DNA of 64,000 bases, taken from assembly GCA_038824665.1 (NCBI GenBank), contig JAWBBK010000005.1:1-64000 (forward strand). Reading direction: 5' to 3'. Source of the DNA: Acidilobaceae archaeon. GTDB taxonomy: Archaea > Thermoproteota > Thermoprotei_A > Sulfolobales > Acidilobaceae. The position numbers were made by a program, and so were the translations under genes. The stretch's first letter is position 1, and each line of letters opens with the position of its first letter. The notes beneath the pieces were generated by a model. It ran no database searches. It had not been told where the DNA came from and was given only the letters and a program-made list of their open reading frames with translations. This document shows, one piece after another, positions 1 to 9,000 of this stretch.

Positions 1-180
1 GCTTTAATAGGAAGAGGTTTCCTTATAATATATACCTGCAATAGATGTGGTCACTCCATGGCTGTCCTTAGAGAAGGAGGCGCATTTATTGGAGAAGAAA
101 CTGTCGCCTTCCCGCTTCTTGCAGGTCTCGCAGTAAACGCTGTGCGCACGACTCAAACTAGAGGCTCAGAAGCACACTAG
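1..180 (+). CDS. 3' fragment of a hypothetical protein with a CxxC (CNRC) motif, truncated by the window edge
   Basis: Open frame from base 1 (ALIGRGFLIIYTCNRCGHSM...) to TAG at 178-180. Confidence 0.3.
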   Translation, partial: ALIGRGFLIIYTCNRCGHSMAVLREGGAFIGEETVAFPLLAGLAVNAVRTTQTRGSEAH

Positions 181-219
181 ATCGTCACCTATCAGACCCT
201 GCTCCTAACGTCATCGCCT
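164..219 (-). ncRNA. box C/D methylation-guide sRNA
   Basis: Minus strand reads C GCGATGA, guide CGTTAGGAGCAGGGT, D' CTGA, C' GTGACGA, guide TCTAGTGTGCTT, D CTGA. Guides are complementary to recalled crenarchaeal 16S segments CCCUGCUCCU and GGCACACUAGG. Confidence 0.8.
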
Positions 220-248
220 TACTGTAGAACAACTTTGAGAGACTAAAA

Positions 249-305
249 GCTCAGTGAGGATGAGCTTCAACACCAAGCTTCAGCTAGGGAGACCTTTCAG
301 CACAC
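249..305 (-). ncRNA. box C/D methylation-guide sRNA
   Basis: C GTGCTGA, guide AAGGTCTCCCTAG, D' CTGA, C' GTGTTGA, guide AGCTCATCCTCA, D CTGA. Guides fit recalled 16S CUAGGGGGACU and GAGGAUGGG with G-U pairs. Confidence 0.75.
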
Positions 306-581
306 AGATTCTAAAACTCCTAGAGGCCTGCCTTATATGAATTCGTTGTGAGAGCGTTTAAACCCTCTAGGGTTCTCTAGAGTTTCCGACATCACGAACT
401 GAGACTAGGGATGTTTTCTTCTTGTCGATATCTTTAGGAAATGTTTGTAGCTATGTTACGTTGAGGAGGGTCTAGATAGATTTGGCTTTCCTTCCGCTAA
501 AACAGGATCACAACTGTTTCTAATTCAGCCTGTAGAATTAAGAAAAACTCTAGTCTCTAGCGCAAGCAGGGAAGAGACTAA

Positions 582-1256
582 TTGGGTAGAGTCTCTGTAG
601 TCGCTGTCACCCCTATTTTCCATGAAAAAGACCTTCTCAGAGCTAGGCTGATAGAGGACGCGGACTTCGTAGAGGTGAGAATAGCGTACGCTAGTAGCCT
701 CAAAGACTTAGACTTCAAGTGGTTACTCCCTTCTAGGGACAAAATCATAGTTTCGCTCAAAGGTTTGGAGAAGTCAGAATGGATAAGGAGCTTAGACAAA
801 GAAGCAGAAAGGGTTCTAACCTCAGCTAAAAGAATGAGATTGATGATCGAAATCTGTGCAGAGTTGTTAGAAAAATTGGGTTGGGCTGAAGACTTCCTCG
901 ACAACCGTACAGTTGTCTCGCTGTGCAGAGCCTATGACGAGAGTTCTTTGAGGAAGCTGGTGGAAAAGTACTCGCGCTCAGCTTATGTAGTCAAAGTCTG
1001 TCTCTCTGCAGAAGACAGAAAGTTTCTGTTGACCTCTGCTGTAGCGCTTTCGATTGCAGACAATGTGGCAATAGACTTAGAGAAAGGAAGGGAGAAAGAT
1101 ATAGCTCTTCTAGCTCTCATGAATTCTAAAATGCTTTACGGCTATGCAGACTACAAGATGGAGTACAACCTCAGCTACAAGACGGTGAAGCTTATCGTCT
1201 CTAAACTCGAAGAGCTTTTAAGTAGTTTATCGAGAAACAGATACTTTTCTCTCTAG
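582..1256 (+). CDS. divergent type I 3-dehydroquinate dehydratase-like protein
   Basis: DADFVEVRIAY resembles ADxVELRxD and YVVKV resembles DIVK; the SxH motif is absent. Confidence 0.5.
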   Translation: MGRVSVVAVTPIFHEKDLLRARLIEDADFVEVRIAYASSLKDLDFKWLLPSRDKIIVSLKGLEKSEWIRSLDKEAERVLTSAKRMRLMIEICAELLEKLGWAEDFLDNRTVVSLCRAYDESSLRKLVEKYSRSAYVVKVCLSAEDRKFLLTSAVALSIADNVAIDLEKGREKDIALLALMNSKMLYGYADYKMEYNLSYKTVKLIVSKLEELLSSLSRNRYFSL

Positions 1257-1656
1257 ACATCTCTCCACTATCTCGAGCACAACTCTAGAAACGTCTTGGG
1301 GACCTGGCGGTCCGAGTTCTATCCGAGGTCCAAGTTCAAGGTCTCTAAATCCTTCAACTATCGCTACGTCTACTTTATCCTTGAGGAACTCAAGAACCTC
1401 TTGAAGTCCCCAACCACGAGCAAAAACAGCCGCTTTCTCACCTGAATCCATAACCACAATGGAATAATCTGCAAGACCTTCGTTTAAGAATCTCCAAGAG
1501 TCTTTATGAGCTACATCTATTTCGTGATGAGTATGTTTTATGACTCCAGTTCTGACGCCTCTTTCCTTATAAGAGAGTCAAAGTTCTCACTATGCTCGTG
1601 GTCTTCCCTGAACCGCTCGGTCCCACTACTTGAACTATACAAAGGTCTTCTCTCAA
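1227..1656 (-). pseudogene. mobB: molybdopterin-guanine dinucleotide biosynthesis protein MobB, split by a +1 frameshift near 1569
   Basis: TTG at 1656 gives MREDLCIVQVVGPSGSGKTT...LL, then TAA at 1569-1567. The +1 frame continues KERGVRTGVIKHTHHEID...KDSWRF...IVEGFR. Confidence 0.8.
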
Positions 1657-1922
1657 ATACCTCCTCCTCCTGGAGGGAATAAATCAAGTGTGTCTTCATC
1701 GCTCAAAGAGGTCTCGAGTCCCTGAAGCAGTCTGGCGTTTACTCCGTTGACCAAGACTATAAGTTCTCCAGACTCAAAAAGCTGGATCAAAGGTCTGAGT
1801 TCTTCTACAGACTCTAGCACTTCTCTTAGTCTCACACTTCTACCCATATTGAGTTCTTTTGAAGACCATCCAAGCTTCTCTCTCAAAAAAGCGTAAACTC
1901 TGACTTTAACCACTTCTCTCAA
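1653..1922 (-). CDS. moaD: MoaD/ThiS/SAMP-family sulfur carrier
   Basis: Beta-grasp pattern VRVYAFLRE...VLVNG...LFPPGGGGI; lies in the AOR locus. Confidence 0.85.
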   Translation of the reverse strand: MREVVKVRVYAFLREKLGWSSKELNMGRSVRLREVLESVEELRPLIQLFESGELIVLVNGVNARLLQGLETSLSDEDTLDLFPPGGGGI

Positions 1923-1958
1923 CCCCTTCAGCTAGTGTAACGTAGATAAATAGAGATT

Positions 1959-3059
1959 TCATGAAGGACAGAAAGAAAGTCCGTGGAGATAAGGACAGCT
2001 GGAGCAAGAAGGAGCATTGCCCCAGCAGTCGAACGAGTTAGACAGAGTGATAGAACAAGAGCTTACAAGTTCACAGTCTAGACAAGAGGGAAGCAGGAGG
2101 AGTTGAAGCATCATGAGCTGTCTGTTATTAGACCTCCAGACCTCACTTAAGTCCATCTCAGCTACGTTTCCTAAAGAGACTTCCCTGACCTCCCTCTTAA
2201 CCCCACCGACTATTGTAGTCCAGGTCCGCGAGTAGTAGATACAGGGAGCTATCTGGCCATCGCTTCTTACAAACAGCATCCTGTTTGTTGCAAACGGACA
2301 GGACCTAGAGCTTCTCGTCTTCAAGTTAGGTTTCCCAACCCTGACCCCTGACTCTAAGACTTTCAACAAAGCTGTCTCTAGCTCTTTCTCTAAGGACTTG
2401 AGACATACCGGGTCTCCGAGACAATCTAGAGACTTGGTGAAGCTGTCGTAGGGGATAGCGATATTATAATCGACCTCCCAAATCATCATTTCTTTAGCGA
2501 ACTCCACCGCCTTTGAAATATGGCTTACATTGGCTTTAGTGATAGTAAATATGGCTTTTACGTAGGGCTTCAGACTACCTTTAGCCAATTTCTCTTCTTT
2601 GAGAGCTAGGAGCCCTCTAGCGACCCTCGATAGGTTCCCGCCTCTTCTTATTTTGGAGTAAAGTTCTACATCGAAAGCGTCTATGCTTACGTAGATCTCA
2701 TCTACTCCAAGCTTTACGAGATCTGGAGCCAGCTCTTCTAAGCGAAAGCCGTTAGTGTTGAGAACTACCTGAAGTCCTTTAGATTTGGTCAGAGCCAACA
2801 TATCAATTATGTTCGGATGGATTGTAGGTTCTCCCCATCCCGAAAAGACGATCCTTTTCACTCCTGAACGTAAAGCGTTCTCAATGGTCTTCTCGAAAAG
2901 AGCTACAGACATATCTTGTTCTCTAAAGTTTACGCTAGAAAACCTAAAACAATGGGGACAAACATAATTGCAACTGCTCGTCACCTCCACCATGAGAGCT
3001 TTAGGAGCAGAGTCGGAACGTAGCGAAATCTCCCAGTCCATAAACCTATATGCAGCCAT
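1959..3059 (-). CDS. radical SAM/SPASM protein, probable tungsten-cofactor oxidoreductase maturase
   Basis: CNYVCPHC motif, FSGWGEP, Cys-rich SPASM C-terminus; divergent from AOR. Confidence 0.8.
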   Translation of the reverse strand: MAAYRFMDWEISLRSDSAPKALMVEVTSSCNYVCPHCFRFSSVNFREQDMSVALFEKTIENALRSGVKRIVFSGWGEPTIHPNIIDMLALTKSKGLQVVLNTNGFRLEELAPDLVKLGVDEIYVSIDAFDVELYSKIRRGGNLSRVARGLLALKEEKLAKGSLKPYVKAIFTITKANVSHISKAVEFAKEMMIWEVDYNIAIPYDSFTKSLDCLGDPVCLKSLEKELETALLKVLESGVRVGKPNLKTRSSRSCPFATNRMLFVRSDGQIAPCIYYSRTWTTIVGGVKREVREVSLGNVAEMDLSEVWRSNNRQLMMLQLLLLPSCLDCELVSSCSITLSNSFDCWGNAPSCSSCPYLHGLSFCPS

Positions 3060-3185
3060 AACCTCTAGCCTACAACTTAGATTCTATTTCCGGAAAACTT
3101 ATTAATAGAAAGTTTTACTCAAAACGATCAATGCTTTTTAAAACTTTATAAGCGCTAATCTCAAAATCTAATCCTGACGCTCGAG

Positions 3186-5087
3186 GTGTTCTTATTGCCT
3201 CTTGGAGGATACATGGGCAAAGTCCTGAAAGTCAATCTTACCGAAGGCAAGACCTACATTGAACCCCTTCCAGACGAAGAAGTGTTAAAGATGTGGATTG
3301 GAGGTCGAGGACTCGGCGTTTACTATATGCTTAAAGAGGTAGACCCTAAAGCAGACCCGCTCAGTCCAGCCAACAAAGCAATAGTAGCTACGGGTCCTCT
3401 AACAGGAGTCGCAGGTCTTGTGGCTCCTGGCAGGTGGGTTTCAGTAACTAAGTCTCCTCTAACTGGAACGATCCACGATTCTCATAGCGGAGGCAAGTTT
3501 GGACCTGAGTTGAAGTTTGCTGGCTTCGACCTCATTATCATAGAAGGAGCTTCAGAAAGACCTGTTTATCTATGGGTTCACGACGGGAAAGCAGAACTCA
3601 GAGATGCAAAACATCTGTGGGGTAAGGATACGCACAGCACTACTGATATGATACGAGAAGAGCTAGCGACAGAAGTAGGAAGAGATGAAGCAGACAAGAT
3701 CAAAGTGGCCACCATAGGTCCGGCAGGAGAGAACCTTTCTAGAATAGCCTGTATAATTAACGATAAGTCTAGAGCTGCCGGCAGAGGAGGCCATGGAGCT
3801 GTTTGGGGCTCCAAGAAGCTCAAAGCGATCGCTGTGAGAGGACATATGAAGATCCCCATAGCCAACCAGGAAGCGTTTAGAGAAGCAGTCCTTAAAGGCA
3901 TGGAACTAGCTAAGAAATCTCCTGTGACTTCTCAAGCCTTACCGAAGTATGGAACAGCTGTACTAGTAAACATAATAAACGCTAGCGGAATACTCCCAAC
4001 TCGCAACTTCCAGACCGGAGTCTTCCCAGAAGCCGAAAAGATAAGCGGAGAGACCATAGCGTCCACGACTATGGATTGGGAGAAGTACAGAGAGGAGATC
4101 TGCTGGGGTTGTGCTATAGGTTGCGCTAGATATACGAGAGTCAGTGGGAAATTCTCAGGAGAAGGAGGAGGACCTGAGTACGAAACCGTTTGGGCTCTCG
4201 GAGCAGACACAGGAGTTTCAGACCTCGATGCAGTATCTAAAGCCAACTTCCTTTGTAACGAACTCGGTCTCGACACTATATCCATGGGAGCAACAATAGC
4301 TACCCTTATGGAACTCGTTGAAAAGGGGAAGATTCCGCCTGAGAAACTAAGGGGGCTCAACGTCAGATGGGGTAACGGAGAGGCTCTAGTAGAGTTAGTT
4401 TGGAGAACTGCCTACAGATCTGGAATAGGAGACGACCTAGCTGAAGGAGCTTTCAGACTAGCTAAAAAGTATGGAGCACCCGAGCTAGCCATGACTGTGA
4501 GAGGACAAGAACTTCCAGCCTACGATCCTAGAGGTGCCAAAGGACACGGATTGGCTTACGCTACCAGCAACAGAGGAGGATGTCATCTCAGAGCTTACAT
4601 GATAGCTCCTGAAGTCTTAGGCGTACCTCAGCTAGTCAATAGGTTTTCAACTGAAGGCAAAGGCAAACTAGTTAAACACTTCCAAGACGTCTTCGCAACT
4701 CTGGATAGCCTAGTGGTCTGTAAGTTCGTAACCTTCGCCTATTGGAGTGAGGTATTGGTTGAACAACTTAGAGCTGTGACTGGTTGGAACATAACGATCG
4801 ATGAGTTTGAGACTATAGGGGAGAGAATATACAACGCTGAAAGAGTCTTCAACGTGCTAGCTTTTGGAGACGGAGAACAGTACGACACTCTTCCCGCAAG
4901 ACTGCTCAAAGAGCCAATGCCAGAAGGTCCGAGCAAGGGTCATATAGTTGAGCTGAATCCTATGTTGAAAGAGTACTATCTCGTGAGAGGCTGGGTTAAA
5001 GGAAGACCTACCTATGAGACCCTTAAGAGGTTAGGGCTAGAAGACCTAGCCCGAAGGCTTAAAAACGAAGGTCTCTTACCCGAGTAA
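3186..5087 (+). CDS. aor: tungsten-containing aldehyde:ferredoxin oxidoreductase
   Basis: KSPLTG, RAAGRGG, CWGCAIGC, GPEYET, ELGLDTIS, YDPRG, RGGCH. Confidence 0.95.
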   Translation: MFLLPLGGYMGKVLKVNLTEGKTYIEPLPDEEVLKMWIGGRGLGVYYMLKEVDPKADPLSPANKAIVATGPLTGVAGLVAPGRWVSVTKSPLTGTIHDSHSGGKFGPELKFAGFDLIIIEGASERPVYLWVHDGKAELRDAKHLWGKDTHSTTDMIREELATEVGRDEADKIKVATIGPAGENLSRIACIINDKSRAAGRGGHGAVWGSKKLKAIAVRGHMKIPIANQEAFREAVLKGMELAKKSPVTSQALPKYGTAVLVNIINASGILPTRNFQTGVFPEAEKISGETIASTTMDWEKYREEICWGCAIGCARYTRVSGKFSGEGGGPEYETVWALGADTGVSDLDAVSKANFLCNELGLDTISMGATIATLMELVEKGKIPPEKLRGLNVRWGNGEALVELVWRTAYRSGIGDDLAEGAFRLAKKYGAPELAMTVRGQELPAYDPRGAKGHGLAYATSNRGGCHLRAYMIAPEVLGVPQLVNRFSTEGKGKLVKHFQDVFATLDSLVVCKFVTFAYWSEVLVEQLRAVTGWNITIDEFETIGERIYNAERVFNVLAFGDGEQYDTLPARLLKEPMPEGPSKGHIVELNPMLKEYYLVRGWVKGRPTYETLKRLGLEDLARRLKNEGLLPE

Positions 5088-6074
5088 AGCCCCATATCTT
5101 TTTCTTTCTTCTTTATCTTCTCTTTCGCTTGAAGTCTCTTCCATAAGGCTCTCTGCTAACTTGTCCATACATTTACATACCTCCTTAGCTAACAGAAAGT
5201 CTGCTATCCCTATTAGCTTAGGTCTGCTGGCTACGCTATCGACTTCAAGAACAAGAGGGACTCCGAGTTCGTCTAAGTACTTCACTTTGTCTTCTATCAC
5301 GCCTACATCAGGCTCTACAGGTATTGTGTAAGAAGCCATCATCTCGTAACCTTCTTCAGTTTCTATAGCTCCGCCCGCTATCATTATAGGAATCCCTGTC
5401 TCAACGCTTCTGGCTATGGCCAAGCTGAAGATGATGTCCTTCTTATAGCTTAAAACTCCGTTCTTCCCTCTTTCAACTGGGATCGCAGAAGCCGTTTGAG
5501 GCATCATAAGCCCTATAACTATATTGGTAGCTGAAAGACGAGCTAACTTAAATAGATCAGACATCAATATGTCTTCGTCCATGAAGAGAGCTATAGTCAG
5601 ATCGAAGCGGTCAAGCTTGACCACTCCTGAAAACCTTCCTGGACTTATTCCTATGCTTTCCTCAACGCCGTTTAATAACACCTTTCTGTGTTTTCCTATT
5701 ACCGTGCCTCTAGGAGATGTGACCACAGCTGTCAGATAGATCCTAGGACCTGCTCTCTCTATGATCGGACCTCCTATAAGATAGACGCCGTACTCAAAGC
5801 TCCACTTAATTAATAGGGATGTGATGTTTCCCTGTTTGGCCTTAGTGGGTCCTACCGTTATCCTCTCTGCATTGCTCCACGCTATTCTCTTAACCCTAGA
5901 CTCGTCGTAAACAGATAGAGGTCCATAAAAAGAGTAGGGAGGAAGCACTACTACGTCAACACTATATTCATCGACGAGTCTTCTGACTTGTTCGTTCAGC
6001 TTTTTAGCGTTAGACCTTTTGGCATCGAATTTCAGCTTGTCATGAATAACTCCTATTCTAACCTTCATTAGCAA
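5076..6074 (-). CDS. carbon-nitrogen hydrolase (nitrilase) fold protein with a degenerate catalytic triad
   Basis: VVVLPPY (for LPE), GKHRK, LFMDED (for ICYD), ARSVETG. Confidence 0.7.
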   Translation of the reverse strand: MLMKVRIGVIHDKLKFDAKRSNAKKLNEQVRRLVDEYSVDVVVLPPYSFYGPLSVYDESRVKRIAWSNAERITVGPTKAKQGNITSLLIKWSFEYGVYLIGGPIIERAGPRIYLTAVVTSPRGTVIGKHRKVLLNGVEESIGISPGRFSGVVKLDRFDLTIALFMDEDILMSDLFKLARLSATNIVIGLMMPQTASAIPVERGKNGVLSYKKDIIFSLAIARSVETGIPIMIAGGAIETEEGYEMMASYTIPVEPDVGVIEDKVKYLDELGVPLVLEVDSVASRPKLIGIADFLLAKEVCKCMDKLAESLMEETSSEREDKEERKRYGALLG

Positions 6075-9000
6075 CTCCCCTCTTCAGTAGCTGCTCTCTT
6101 TTAAGCATACACTCTGCCAGAGTTCGTATTATCCCTGACTCCTCGACCTCTCCTTTAGAAGCAGATTTAATAATGTGGACAAGCCCTCTCACCTCTTTAT
6201 AAACCTCTTCAAGCACTTCTCTCCAAGTCTTCGTTCCACTCTCGATCTCATCCATTGCTTTTTCAAGCTGTCTTGTCCTTTCTTCAGACACTAGCTCAGG
6301 AATTACCTTAGCTACGTCTCCAAGTCTCTCATTAGCGTTGTGAGGTAAATTCATGAGGTACTCGTAGACCTCTTCACCTTTACTCGTAGCTACTACATGA
6401 CCTGACTTAAGGGATAGTATATATCCTCTCTTCAGTAAGGTGTCTACTATTTTAGCATAAGTGCTGGGTCTCCCTATATCTTTTCTCTTCATTTCCTCGA
6501 CTAGCTCTCCTTGAGTGAAAAGCCTCACAGCGGGCACTCTTCTTCTAGCTACGTAACAAGCTATGAAGACCTTATCTTTCTGTCTAGAGATCAAAGCTTC
6601 TTCTTCCTCCTTTGGGACCAGAGGACGCTGAAGAGCTACAACTTCAGGAAACACAGCTAAAAATCCTTGTCTAATTCTATCTTGGGGTAACTCTACAATC
6701 CTCGTGACCTTATATTCATCACCAATTATATCTATCGAGTACGTTACTTCAAGCACTTCTGCCTCTCTCATCTGACTCGCTACAAACCTCCTAAATATCA
6801 AGTCATAAAGCCTGTAGTGTCTTTGAGTGAAGACGCCTGGAACCTCGATAGAGCCTTCTTCTATGAGCAACCTCAGGGTCTTAGCATCTAAAGGTTTAAC
6901 GGGACGAATGGCTTCATGAGCTCCTCCTTCGCTCCACCTTCGGGGCCTGAACACTTCTTCAACTTGGTCTCCATACGTTTGTTTTAACCACTCTTTAGCT
7001 ACCTCTATGCCTCTCTCGCTAACTCTAGTGGAGTCTGTTCTATGGTATGTGATCAGACCCCACTCGAAAAGGTCTTGAGCTAGCCTCATGGTCTCAGAGG
7101 CTCCGAAGGCTAGTCTCCTTCCAGCCTCGAGGATCAGAGTGTCGGTCATGAATGGAGGCTGTGGATATAGAGTGATCCATTTCCTCTCGACACTGATTAC
7201 CTTCAGCTCCAGCAACTGCTCTTTTCCTCTAGCGTATGCTCTAGCATAACTCTTCAAATCCGAAAGGATGCTTGGTTTCTTCAATTCATGTTCTCTTACG
7301 CTGAAAAGACGCTCCTTTGTGTCATGTTTCAAAAATGTAAACACGTCAACTTTCTTCTTATATTCGTTGGTTCTAGCAACAACCCAACCCAAAACTGGGG
7401 TCTGAACTCTTCCAGCGCTCAGATTATAGTTGTACTCTTCTGAGCACGCCTCATCCTGTCTTTTAGCGCAATAGTGTTTAGGCCAGAAGTCACACCAGAG
7501 AAGAGGAGACAGAGTGAACCCTATCCACCTGTCTTCAACTCTTCTGACTATCTGAGCTTCTACAAGTTTCTCGTTAAAGTCTCTCGGATTCTCGAGAGCT
7601 TTAAGTATAGCTTGTTTCGTTACTTCGTGAAACTCCAATCTCTTTATGTTCTTGTTGAAAGGTTTCAATAAAACCGCTATATCCCAGCCTATTTTCTCTC
7701 CTTCTGTATCGGGGTCCGTTCCTATCAGAACCTCGTCTACCTCCCAAGCTAGCCTCCTCAGATCCTCTATGACTTCTTTAGAGTCTCTGAAGACCTTGCT
7801 TCCGCATCGCGGACATCGGCCTAAGTCTTCAACAAACTGCTCTCCACAGGCAAGACATCTCTTTATGCTAGAGTATATCGGGACATAAACTTCTTTGGTG
7901 TCGTCTTTTCCTACAACGACCCCAAATATGTCGTCGTAGTTCTTTAACAACGAGCTTAAGACTATCAGGTCTCTTTCGTCAGTCGAGAGAACAAGGTCTT
8001 GTACGTGACCGCCGCTGGCTGCTACGATCAGTATCCGGTTCTGAAGAGAAACCTCGAAGGCTCTGAGCCCTCCGTGCAGTACCCTCACAGAAGGTCTTCC
8101 GAAGAAAGATGCTATAGTTCTAGCTTTGTTAGGAGATTCGACAACGAGCAGAGAGGTTCTCACTAGGTCTTTCCTCTCGGCTTTAGCTTCTCCTTTTAAG
8201 ATCCTCGAGACGTTAATCCTGTCCTGTTCTATCTCTTTTAGCACTTCATCTATATTAAGCTCTCTAAAGTCGACAAAGTCCACATCAGCTACATAATGAG
8301 ACCTGGAAACAAGCCTTCTGAAAACGCTAGGGCTGTCAACAATGACCACACTAAGGCCTTTAGTTATCCCGCCTACGTAGAGTCTGCTGGTTCTGCCGCT
8401 AGCTTGTAGATAAGTAGGAACGTCAGCTATTAAGATGAACGTCTTCCCGTTCTCAATTACGAGGCCTACGTCAGTCTTATCTCTGATCCTTCTCAGAACT
8501 TCTTCGTTTCTGAGAGCTTCTCTGATGAACTCTCGAGCTTCAATTATTATGCTTATAGATCTCTCAGACTCGTCGAAAACTCCAGATCTGATTTTGTCGA
8601 GAAGATACTGCAAATAGGACGGAGTGTACCTTCTTATTATGCGTCTCAGGTTGACCAAAATCCTCCTAGCTCTTTCTGAAAGCTCAGGCATTTCGAGTTC
8701 CGCTATCAACTCGGCTATTCTCGCTAGAGCTAGAGGATGAGGATCTATTTCGTCAGCCATTAAGGAAAACTTGTAGCGAGGGACCCCCGCGAAGACGGCG
8801 TGTCTAACGACCTCAGGTAGGTCTACGCCTCTCACCAGAGGACCGTAGTAGTTAGCCACTCCAACCAATACGTCTAGCTCTCCTCTCTGAAACTCTCGAA
8901 AGACTTCAAACGAGGTCTTGGAGTGATAAGCTTTAGCTCTAACCCCTGCTTCTTCTAGCCTTCTAGCGACCTCTTCTGCTTTCTCAATGCCCCAGTCGTT

